From the NCBI GenBank assembly GCA_020725405.1, contig DYFB01000015.1, positions 32,157 through 96,156 of the forward strand: a stretch of DNA of 64,000 nucleotides, read 5' to 3'. This stretch comes from Symbiobacterium sp. GTDB lineage: Bacteria > Bacillota > Sulfobacillia > UBA995 > UBA9673. The notes beneath the pieces were generated by a model. It searched no databases. It worked only from the letters and a program-made list of their open reading frames with translations, and was not told the DNA's origin. Position numbers and translations under genes: made by a program. Position 1 is the stretch's first letter. Every line of letters begins with the position of its first letter. Positions 9,350 to 17,873 of this stretch are shown here, one piece after another.

Positions 9350-10393
9350 CTACGGGGTCGGATCGCCCGCGGCCCCGGGCGCCTCCGGAGGCGTGGGAGC
9401 CCCCAGGACGGCCGAGACGACGTTGGCCCAGAGGGTTGCCGTCCTCTGGGCGTAGGACTTGGGGATAAGATAGGTTCCCATCTCCAGGAGGACAGCCCCC
9501 GGGTCGAGGTCCTGGTTGAAGGTCGCGGGCGAGACGAGGATGCCCCGGATGATACCCGGGTGGAGCTCCTCGGCCGCAGCCCGGAGCCGCCTGACTGTCG
9601 ACATGTTCGCCGACAGCAGGGGGTTGGTTCCGCCGACGACGAAGAGGATCTTCGACGCAGGCTGGCCGTCGATGGTCGTGAGGTACTCCGAAGCCGGCGA
9701 GGCATCGCGATGGACGTCGAAGAGAAGGGTCGGCCCAAACTGGAGGTTACGTCGGACGGTTCGCCTGGACCGGAGGTAGGCGCCGCCGTCGTGCGGGTCG
9801 TGGGCGGTCCGGTCGTGGACAACGGTGAAGCCCGAGGCGCTGAGAGCCGAGGCCATCGTCTCCCCGACGTCGTAGATGCCTCCGTTTCCCGGAATCGCGT
9901 GCCGGCCGTCGGTCGGGGTGTAAGACTCGTCGGAGTGGGTGTGGTAAATGAGGAGGACGTGCCGGGCAGCCCCCAGCGGCACGGCGAGGTCCCGGCCTCC
10001 AGGGGCGGTGGCGCTTTCCGGCAGGACCGGGGACCAGAGGCGCGGCTCCACCAACTGAAGACCGCTCCAAGACGGTGGTCGGAGCGCGGCCTCTCCGGCC
10101 GGCTCGAGAACCGTGTGGACGATGTCCCCGCGGACCCCGACGACGCGGTAGTGGTTGTCGTCCGGGTCGATGAAGAGACTGCCTCGCGCGACGCTTACGG
10201 CCGTACGGAGGATGACGTTCCCGGCCTCGTCGACGAAGGTGTAGTAGCCCGTCGGGTGCTCCAAGCCCGGCCGGAGGAAGACCTGGCGGAGCCGGTCAAG
10301 GAGAGGGTGTCCAGCCCCGCCTGCTGCGGGCATGAGGACGGCCAGGGCCAGAATGATCCCGGCCAGGAGGACGGCCCCCCGCCTGTGGGTCAC
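9350..10393 (-). CDS. spoIIP: stage II sporulation protein P (engulfment amidase/endopeptidase)
   Basis: N-terminal TM; IYHTHSDESY, AYLRSRRT, FDVHRDA, FNQDL, LLEMG. Confidence 0.9.
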   Translation of the reverse strand: MTHRRGAVLLAGIILALAVLMPAAGGAGHPLLDRLRQVFLRPGLEHPTGYYTFVDEAGNVILRTAVSVARGSLFIDPDDNHYRVVGVRGDIVHTVLEPAGEAALRPPSWSGLQLVEPRLWSPVLPESATAPGGRDLAVPLGAARHVLLIYHTHSDESYTPTDGRHAIPGNGGIYDVGETMASALSASGFTVVHDRTAHDPHDGGAYLRSRRTVRRNLQFGPTLLFDVHRDASPASEYLTTIDGQPASKILFVVGGTNPLLSANMSTVRRLRAAAEELHPGIIRGILVSPATFNQDLDPGAVLLEMGTYLIPKSYAQRTATLWANVVSAVLGAPTPPEAPGAAGDPTP

Positions 10394-10557
10394 CTCATCA
10401 TCTCCTCCGTGTGGAGACTCGAGCCTCCCGCCTCTTGCCTCCCGGTTATTGGTCCCCGCTGGAGGCACGGTGTATCCCCGGCCCGGCGGGGCCAGGCTGG
10501 AAGTGGAGGGAAACAGTCTCGGACCGAGAAAGCTTGGGTGCGGGAGGAGAGGGAGCT

Positions 10558-11373
10558 ATGCCCGGATACGACTACTTCTACACCCTCCAGGAGATATGCG
10601 TTCTCCTGAATCTACTCCCGAACACGTTTCGTCAGATAGCCCGCGAGTACCCGGATATCATCGTCGTCCGCGAGCAGGTTCGCAAGGGCGGAAAGGTCGT
10701 GGGCCTGCCACGGGCCGAGTTCGAGACCTTCCGGGCCATCGTCGAGATGCGCGGCCAGGGGCTAAGCCGGGAGGAGATCCGGGCGCGGCTCACCGGTACG
10801 CCCGTAGCGGCGGGTGGGGACGGGCAGGCCGGACCAATCCAGGCCGCTGCGGCGCGGGCAGACGACGGGCCCGGTCCGGAGGCTCTGGCTCCGGGCCCCG
10901 CGGAGACCGCTCCGGGGCCCCTGGGGACCGCTTCGGGCCGCGTCGAGACCGACAGCGGCCCCGTCGAGACCGCTCCAGGCCGGCTTGAGGGCGTTTCAGG
11001 CCCCGCGGAGACTGCCCCGGGCCCCGAGCGGGTCCGACCGTTTGACGGACACGAGACGGGGGCGGCGCTGTCCCGTGGCGAACGAGAGGCCGCGGCCACA
11101 GCCGAGCCGTCTCTCCCGTCTCCTGCTGGGCGCCCGGGGAGCGAGAGGGCGATGGCCGCCGCAGAGAGGGTTCTCGCGGCTGAAATAGCCTCGCTGAAGG
11201 AAGAACTCCGCCGGATGGACGAGCGCCGCCGCGAGGAGCGGGACCGGCTTCTCACGGCGCTCATCCGCACCCAGCACGAGCTTCAGAGCCTGCGCTATGA
11301 GGTCGGCGTCAGCCTCTCCCGGCGTGACCGGAAGAAACGACGTGGATTCTGGTCATGGCTCTTCGACCTCTGA
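10558..11373 (+). CDS. MerR-like HTH plus coiled-coil protein with amphipathic C-tail (RacA/DUF3967-like)
   Basis: YTLQEICVLL...TFRQI...MRGQGLSREEI; coiled coil; ends KKRRGFWSWLFDL. Confidence 0.65.
   Translation: MPGYDYFYTLQEICVLLNLLPNTFRQIAREYPDIIVVREQVRKGGKVVGLPRAEFETFRAIVEMRGQGLSREEIRARLTGTPVAAGGDGQAGPIQAAAARADDGPGPEALAPGPAETAPGPLGTASGRVETDSGPVETAPGRLEGVSGPAETAPGPERVRPFDGHETGAALSRGEREAAATAEPSLPSPAGRPGSERAMAAAERVLAAEIASLKEELRRMDERRREERDRLLTALIRTQHELQSLRYEVGVSLSRRDRKKRRGFWSWLFDL
10893..11028 (+). repeat. intragenic degenerate repeat encoding GP(A/V)ETAPG x3
   Basis: ggcccc-g(c/t)-(g/c)gagac-...-gg units near 10894, 10957 and 10999. Confidence 0.7.
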
Positions 11374-11441
11374 GAGCCGTGGGGCGGCCACGGGCCCCAA
11401 CCGGTGAGGAGCATCGGCGGGCCGCAGCCCTCAGCCCCTGC

Positions 11442-12071
11442 TCAGGCCCAAACCTGAGAGACGTGCGTGACCCGGAAGCCGGCCTCGACCAGGGCGTCGA
11501 CGACCGGCTTGGAATCGATGGTGTCGACTCGGATGACGACGTCACCGGACGCCCGGCCGGGGTCGAAGGTCACCATGCTGATGATGCTGACGCCCTTCCT
11601 GCGGATGATATCCGTGACCCGAGCCAGCTGGCCCACCCGGTCTTCGACAATGAGGGATATCCGCGTGCCCGGACGCTCAAGGCCTAGCATCTCGACGAAA
11701 ACCTTGAAGAAATCGGACTGGGTGATGACCCCGACGACCTCGTCCCGGCTGTTGACCACCGGGAGAAGGTTTATATCGTACCTATCCATGAGGAGAGCGG
11801 CCTCTTCGATGATCTCCTCCTCACGGATGGTTATCGGCTGCCTGGTCATGACCTCGGCCACACGGGTCTTTTCGAGGTAGCTTTCGGTCTCGTCGGTCTC
11901 GGCCAGGCGGGTCAGGATATCCCAGAGGGTCACAATACCGACCACCCTGCCGTTATCGGTCACGGGCAATCCCTCGAACGCGCGTTCCTTGAGAACCCCG
12001 TAGGCCGCCTTCAGCGATTCCTGCGGGGACACGCAGACGCAATCCTTGGACATGCGCGAACGGACGAACAT
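11442..12071 (-). CDS. acuB: CBS-pair plus ACT domain protein (AcuB-like)
   Basis: two CBS repeats (LPV...GIVT; LPVV...GVITQSD) and ACT (EDRVGQLARV). Confidence 0.75.
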   Translation of the reverse strand: MFVRSRMSKDCVCVSPQESLKAAYGVLKERAFEGLPVTDNGRVVGIVTLWDILTRLAETDETESYLEKTRVAEVMTRQPITIREEEIIEEAALLMDRYDINLLPVVNSRDEVVGVITQSDFFKVFVEMLGLERPGTRISLIVEDRVGQLARVTDIIRRKGVSIISMVTFDPGRASGDVVIRVDTIDSKPVVDALVEAGFRVTHVSQVWA

Positions 12072-12246
12072 GCGGTCACTTCCTCTCTCTGGTTGCAGGC
12101 TGGTGGTCGGTCTTGAAGGGAGCAAGAGGTAGAATACGACACGGGCCCTTGCATCCCTCCAGTGAGCGAGGCCGCCGGCGGAGGAACCGCCGGACCGGGA
12201 GCGTAGTACCGTGGGAGGTATAGACCCGGTTCGGCGAGGTGAGGAT

Positions 12247-13734
12247 ATGCCCGAGGCGAAGGTCGTAGTCGTCATCATCGCCGGCGGCGAGGGGAAGCGC
12301 TTCTGGCCCCTCAGCAGCGCCGACCGCCCCAAGCAGTTTCTGCGCCTGTTCGGCCCCCGCAGTCTCCTCCAGGAGACCGCCGCCCGCCTGCAGGGTCTGG
12401 TGGAGCCCTCCCGCCTCCTCGTCGCTACCGGCCTGGCCTACGCCCGCCTGACCCTAGAGCACCTTCCCGAGCTGCCGACCGACAACCTCGTCTGCGAGCC
12501 GGTGCCGCGGAACACGGCGCCGGCCTTGGCTCTCGCGGCCATCCACATCCGCCGGCGCTTCGGGGACGTCCCGGTGGTCGTCCTGCCGGCCGATCACCAT
12601 GTGGCTGACGCGGCGGCGCTGCGGGCGGTACTGGTCTCGGCCGTGGAACACTGCCGCTCCTTCGGCGGCCTCCTGACGTTCGGTATCCGCCCGACCCGCC
12701 CGGAGACGGGCTACGGCTACATCCAGATCGGCCGGCCGGAGGGAGGAGGCTTCTACCAGGTGGCCCGCTTCAAGGAGAAGCCCTCGCTCGCCGAGGCCAG
12801 AGAGCTGGTCAAGTCCGGTGAGTACCTCTGGAACAGCGGGATGTTCGTCTGGCGGAATGAATGCTTCCTCTCCGAGCTCGCTCGCCACCAGCCAGCGATG
12901 GCCTCGCGGTTCGAGGCCCTCGCCGGCCGGCTCGGATCCGGGGATTACGCGACACGACTGGCCGACTGCTACGCGGAGCTCGAACCCATCTCCGTCGACC
13001 ACGCCGTTCTTGAACGCTCGACGAACGCGCGGGTGATGGTGGTAGACCTGGCCTGGGACGATGTCGGGTCCTGGACCGCGCTCGCCCGCCACCACGAGCC
13101 TGATGGTTCCGGAAACGTCGTCATCGGCGGCGAAGTCAAGCTCGCCGACTGCCGCGACTGCATCGTCTGCGCCGGGGACCGGCCCGTCGGAGTGGTCGGG
13201 GTCGACAACCTGGTCATCGCTGCGGGCGAGACCGGTGTGCTGGTTTGCGACAGGCACCGGTCGGGTGAGGTCCGCGAGCTTGCGGACAGTCTGGCCGGGC
13301 GGCCCGGCGGACGGCCGCGGGAAGGCCCGGACGAGGCAAACGGGGCCCGAGGCGACGCCGTCTTCGCCTACCCCCGTGTCGTCGACAAACCGTGGGGGCA
13401 GGAGATCTGGTGGGCGGAGACAGGGGCCTACCTCGGGAAGATCCTCGAAGTCCGCGCGGGCCATAGCCTCAGCCTCCAGTACCACCGGGAGAAGCTCGAG
13501 ACGCTCTACTTCCTGGCGGGCCGGGGGGCCCTCGTCCTCGACGGGCGCGAGTACGCCATCAGACCCGGTCGGACCGTGACCATTCACCCCGGCGTGGCCC
13601 ACCGCATCTCAGCCGAGACGGACCTCACCATCTACGAAGCCTCCACGGCCCATCCCTCGGACGTGGTTCGCCTGGAGGACGATTACGGGCGGGCCGGCCC
13701 CGACCGGACCCGCCAGGGTGGCGAGGGCGACTGA
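12247..13734 (+). CDS. manC: mannose-1-phosphate guanylyltransferase with C-terminal cupin
   Basis: AGGEGKRFWPLS, PKQFL, EPVPRNTAPA, TGYGYI, FKEKP, WNSGMF, WDDVGSW; cupin KPWG..SLQYH..K.ET. Confidence 0.85.
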   Translation: MPEAKVVVVIIAGGEGKRFWPLSSADRPKQFLRLFGPRSLLQETAARLQGLVEPSRLLVATGLAYARLTLEHLPELPTDNLVCEPVPRNTAPALALAAIHIRRRFGDVPVVVLPADHHVADAAALRAVLVSAVEHCRSFGGLLTFGIRPTRPETGYGYIQIGRPEGGGFYQVARFKEKPSLAEARELVKSGEYLWNSGMFVWRNECFLSELARHQPAMASRFEALAGRLGSGDYATRLADCYAELEPISVDHAVLERSTNARVMVVDLAWDDVGSWTALARHHEPDGSGNVVIGGEVKLADCRDCIVCAGDRPVGVVGVDNLVIAAGETGVLVCDRHRSGEVRELADSLAGRPGGRPREGPDEANGARGDAVFAYPRVVDKPWGQEIWWAETGAYLGKILEVRAGHSLSLQYHREKLETLYFLAGRGALVLDGREYAIRPGRTVTIHPGVAHRISAETDLTIYEASTAHPSDVVRLEDDYGRAGPDRTRQGGEGD

Positions 13735-13747
13735 GGCCGGCCGGCTT

Positions 13748-13777
13748 TTGGTCGGCCGCGCCGGCGCGTGGTATAAT
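13748..13777 (+). promoter_or_regulatory. sigA promoter (extended -10) of miaB-mutS-mutL-miaA
   Basis: TTGGTC-18-TATAAT with TGn extension. Confidence 0.6.
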
Positions 13778-13865
13778 ACGCCTGTCCTGCCAGCCTACCG
13801 AAGGCGTGGACAGGGCCGGGGCGAGGCCGGGATGGTCGGCGGTACTGGTCCGCGGGGAGCCGAGG

Positions 13866-15224
13866 ATGTCCCTCTCCTACCACATCATCACCTATGGCTG
13901 TCAGATGAACGTCCACGATTCCGAGGTCATGGCCGGACTCCTCGAGGACCTCGGCTACACGCGGGCGCTTGAGTCCGAAGAGGCCGACCTCATCATCCTC
14001 AACACCTGCTGCGTTAGGGAGACCGCCGAGGAGAGGGTTCTCGGCAAGCTGGGTGAGCTCCAGAGACTCCGGTGGTCTAACGACGATCTCATCATCGTCG
14101 TGGCCGGCTGCCTCGGGCAGCAGCCGGGAGCCGCCGAGCGCCTAGGGGGACGGGCCGGCTTCGTCGACGTGGTCATGGGGACCCACAACCTCTACCGCCT
14201 GCCCGAGCTCGTCAAGGAGGCCAGGGCCCGGCGGGAAGCCGGGGGCGGCCCCCTTGTGGAGGTCTGGCCCGAGCACGTCGAGGTTCGCGAGGGGTTACCC
14301 GTGCGCCGCGAGCGCGGGGTCCGGGCCTGGGTCACCATCATGTACGGGTGCGACAGCTTCTGCAGCTATTGCATTGTTCCTTATGTTCGTGGTCGGGAAA
14401 GGAGCCGGCGCCCCGAGAGCATCCGGCGCGAGGTGGCGGGGCTCGTCGGCGAGGGGTACCGCGAGGTCGTCCTCCTGGGCCAGAACGTGAATTCCTACGG
14501 GCGCGACCTCGGACGCGACGGAACCGGGCCCACCTTTGCCGGACTCCTCCGGGACCTTGACCGGGTGGAGGGCCTGGCCCGCGTCCGCTACACGACCTCG
14601 CACCCCCGGAACTTCACGGACGACATCATCGAGGCCGTGGCCGAAGGCCAGCGCATCTGCGAAAACTTCCACCTGCCGGCCCAGTCGGGCTCAACGCGGG
14701 TGCTGGCCAAGATGAACCGCGGCTACAGCCGAGAGGACTATCTGTCCCTTCTCGAGCGCATCCGGCGCCGGATCCCGGGAGCGGCCTTCTCGACCGACCT
14801 CATCGTCGGTTTCCCCGGTGAGACGGAGGCGGACTTCCAGGACACCCTCGACCTCGTGCGCGAGGCCCGATTCGATTCAGCCTTCACCTTCGCCTATTCT
14901 CCCCGCCGGGGGACTCCCGCGGCTGACGCCCCGGACCAGATCGAACCGGAGGTCAAGCAGGCCCGGCTGGCCCGCCTTATCGAGGTCCAGAACCAGGTGA
15001 GCCTGGAAGTGAACCAGGGCTACGTCGGTCGGGAGGTCGAGGTCCTCGTCGAGGGCGCCGCGGAGAAAGACCCGCGACTTGCCGCCGGGCGGACACGGAC
15101 GAACAAGCTCACCCTGCTTACCCCACCCCGCGACTTGACGCCGGCCAACCTTGTCGGGCGCGAGGTCAGGGTGAGCATCGAGCGGGCCCGCACCTGGAGT
15201 CTGGAGGGGAGGGCCATAGGGTGA
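13866..15224 (+). CDS. miaB: tRNA methylthiotransferase MiaB
   Basis: TYGCQMNVHDSE, NTCCVRE, CDSFCSYC radical-SAM motif, TRAM domain. Confidence 0.95.
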   Translation: MSLSYHIITYGCQMNVHDSEVMAGLLEDLGYTRALESEEADLIILNTCCVRETAEERVLGKLGELQRLRWSNDDLIIVVAGCLGQQPGAAERLGGRAGFVDVVMGTHNLYRLPELVKEARARREAGGGPLVEVWPEHVEVREGLPVRRERGVRAWVTIMYGCDSFCSYCIVPYVRGRERSRRPESIRREVAGLVGEGYREVVLLGQNVNSYGRDLGRDGTGPTFAGLLRDLDRVEGLARVRYTTSHPRNFTDDIIEAVAEGQRICENFHLPAQSGSTRVLAKMNRGYSREDYLSLLERIRRRIPGAAFSTDLIVGFPGETEADFQDTLDLVREARFDSAFTFAYSPRRGTPAADAPDQIEPEVKQARLARLIEVQNQVSLEVNQGYVGREVEVLVEGAAEKDPRLAAGRTRTNKLTLLTPPRDLTPANLVGREVRVSIERARTWSLEGRAIG

Positions 15225-17866
15225 CCCAGCAGCTCGAGACGCCCATGATGAGGCAGTACCTGAGAATGAAGGCCGCCCATCCCGACGCCCTGCTCTTCTT
15301 CCGGTTGGGTGATTTCTACGAGATGTTCTTCGAAGACGCCGAGACAGGGGCCCGCGAACTCGAGATAACCTTAACCTCCCGGACCACGGGAGGGGGGAGA
15401 CGGGTCCCCATGTGCGGCGTCCCCTACCACGCCGCCGACGCCTACATCGCCCGTCTCGTGGATCGGGGCTACAAGGTTGCTCTGTGCGAGCAGGCGGAAG
15501 ACCCGCGGAAAGCCCGTGGTCTCGTCCGCCGGGAGGTCGTGCGGGTAGTCACGCCGGGGACCATCCTTGACCCCGAGTTCCTTCCGGCTAAGGGCAACAA
15601 CTATATCGCGTCCGTGGCCTACGACGGGCGCTCCGGCGCGTTCGGTCTGGCCTGGCTCGACTACTCCACCGGTGACTTCCGGACCTCGCGGGTATCCGGT
15701 CCGCGAGCCCTGGACGACCTCGGAGACCGCCTCGCCGGTCTCGAGCCGTCGGAGGTCATCATCCAGCCGTCGGCCGGGGAAGTGCCCGAGGTGGCCCGCC
15801 TCATCACGAGACTCACCGGCCGCCCGCCGCACCCCTTCCGGGAGCAGAGCTTCCGGCCGGCGGAGGCGGGAAGGCTCCTCCTCGAGCACTTCGGGACGGT
15901 TTCGCTCGAGCCGTTCGGATGCGCGGAGGAACCGCTGGCCACCGCGGCCGCCGGCAGCCTCCTCGCCTATCTCCAAGAGGCGAAGGTCGGCAGTCTCGGT
16001 CACCTCCGCACGCTCCGCACGGAAACTGGAAGCGGGGTCATGACCCTCGATGCGGCCACGCGCCGCAACCTCGAGCTCGTCGAGCCCCTGCGGTCCTCGC
16101 CCGCCCAGGTCGGGCCCCACCGCGGCCGCGGCCGCCCGGCCACGCTCCTCGGGGTCCTCGACCTCACGGTTACGGCGGCCGGAGGCCGGTGCCTGCGCCA
16201 GTGGGTCCTCCGACCGCTGGCCGCTCTCGAGCCCATCCTCCGGCGGCAGGAGGCCGTGGCCGAGCTCGCCGAGAAGACTCTCCTGCGGGAGGAGCTCCGG
16301 ACCGAGCTCTGCAAGACCTTCGACCTCGAGCGTCTTGTGGCCAGGGCGGCGGCCGGGACAGCCGGAGCCCGGGACCTCCTCGCCCTGAGGGAATCCCTGG
16401 CGGCGGTGCCAGCCGTGCAGGCGGCCCTCGGGGCGGCGGGGGCGAGTCTCATCCGAGAACTGGCCGGGCGCCTCGACCCGGTTGCCGAGCTCAGCGATCT
16501 CATCGCCCAGGCTCTTGTGGAGGAGCCGCCGGCGGGGCTGAGGGACGGCGGTCTCATCCGCCCGGGTTACTCCGAGGAGATCGACGCCTTGCGGAAGGCC
16601 GCCCAGGAAGGGAAGGCCTGGCTTGCCGCGATGGAAGCCGAGGAGCGCAAGCGGACGGGCATAAAGTCCCTCAAGGTCGGCTACAGCCGGGTCTTCGGCT
16701 ACTTCATCGAAGTGACCAAGCCCAACCTCGGATCCGTGCCGGACCGCTACATCCGGAGGCAGACCTTGGCGGCCGCCGAGCGCTTCGTCACGCCCGAGCT
16801 AAAGGAGAAGGAAGCTCTCATCCTCGGGGCCGAGGAACGGGTCAAGGAGCTGGAGTACGAAGTCTTCTGCGGGCTCCGGGAGCGGGCCGCCGCCGAGGCC
16901 GCGCGGGTCCAGGCCACGGCGGGGGCCCTGGCGACCATCGATGCCCTCCTGGCCCTCGCGGAGACGGCTCGGAGGCGCGGATACGTGCGGCCGGAGATGG
17001 TCGAGGAGTCCGGGATACAGATAGCCGCGGGGCGGCACCCGGTCGTCGAGGCCCTCGACGTCGGGGAGGAGTTCGTCCCCAACGACTGCCGCCTGGGCGG
17101 CGACGCCCCGTCCTTCGCCATCATCACCGGGCCGAACATGGCCGGCAAGAGCACCTACTGCCGTCAGGTAGCGCTCATCGTTCTCCTGGCCCAGATGGGG
17201 AGCTTCGTTCCGGCCTCGTCCGCCCGGCTGGGTCTGGTCGACCGGATCTTCACCCGCATCGGGGCCTGGGACGAGCTCGGCGCGGGGCGGAGCACCTTCC
17301 TGGTCGAGATGGACGAGACGGCGAACATTCTCAATCACGCCAGCCCGGGGAGTCTCATCATCCTGGACGAGATCGGCCGAGGCACGAGCACCTACGACGG
17401 TCTCAGCCTGGCCTGGGCCGTGGCCGAGCACATCGTGAGGGAGATAGGGGCCCTCACGCTCTTCGCCACGCACTACCACGAGTTGATCGGCCTGGAGACG
17501 ACCCTGCCCGGGGTGGCCAACTACTCCATCGCCGTCCGGGAGGTCGGCGAGGACATCATCTTCCTGCGCAAGGTCTCGCGCGGGGCGGTGGACCGCAGCT
17601 ACGGCATTCAGGTCGCCCGCCTGGCCGGGCTCCCGCCGACGGTCATCCAGCGAGCCCGGGAGATTCTCCACTCTCTGGAGACGTCGAGCGCCCGGGACGA
17701 GGTCGCCTACGCCCGGACCGCACCCACGCAGATGGTCCTCTTCGAGCCGGCGGAGTCCGAGATAGAGAGGGAGTTGGCCTCGCTCGACCTCATGAACCTC
17801 ACCCCCCTCGAGGCCCTGAACAAGCTCCACGACCTCCAGAAGCGGGCGAGGACCGGAAGGAGGTGA
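15221..17866 (+). CDS. mutS: DNA mismatch repair protein MutS
   Basis: TPMMRQY, GDFYEMF, GPNMAGKST, STFLVEM, DEIGRGTST, ATHYHEL. Confidence 0.97.
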   Translation: MTQQLETPMMRQYLRMKAAHPDALLFFRLGDFYEMFFEDAETGARELEITLTSRTTGGGRRVPMCGVPYHAADAYIARLVDRGYKVALCEQAEDPRKARGLVRREVVRVVTPGTILDPEFLPAKGNNYIASVAYDGRSGAFGLAWLDYSTGDFRTSRVSGPRALDDLGDRLAGLEPSEVIIQPSAGEVPEVARLITRLTGRPPHPFREQSFRPAEAGRLLLEHFGTVSLEPFGCAEEPLATAAAGSLLAYLQEAKVGSLGHLRTLRTETGSGVMTLDAATRRNLELVEPLRSSPAQVGPHRGRGRPATLLGVLDLTVTAAGGRCLRQWVLRPLAALEPILRRQEAVAELAEKTLLREELRTELCKTFDLERLVARAAAGTAGARDLLALRESLAAVPAVQAALGAAGASLIRELAGRLDPVAELSDLIAQALVEEPPAGLRDGGLIRPGYSEEIDALRKAAQEGKAWLAAMEAEERKRTGIKSLKVGYSRVFGYFIEVTKPNLGSVPDRYIRRQTLAAAERFVTPELKEKEALILGAEERVKELEYEVFCGLRERAAAEAARVQATAGALATIDALLALAETARRRGYVRPEMVEESGIQIAAGRHPVVEALDVGEEFVPNDCRLGGDAPSFAIITGPNMAGKSTYCRQVALIVLLAQMGSFVPASSARLGLVDRIFTRIGAWDELGAGRSTFLVEMDETANILNHASPGSLIILDEIGRGTSTYDGLSLAWAVAEHIVREIGALTLFATHYHELIGLETTLPGVANYSIAVREVGEDIIFLRKVSRGAVDRSYGIQVARLAGLPPTVIQRAREILHSLETSSARDEVAYARTAPTQMVLFEPAESEIERELASLDLMNLTPLEALNKLHDLQKRARTGRR

Positions 17867-17873
17867 GCCGGCC

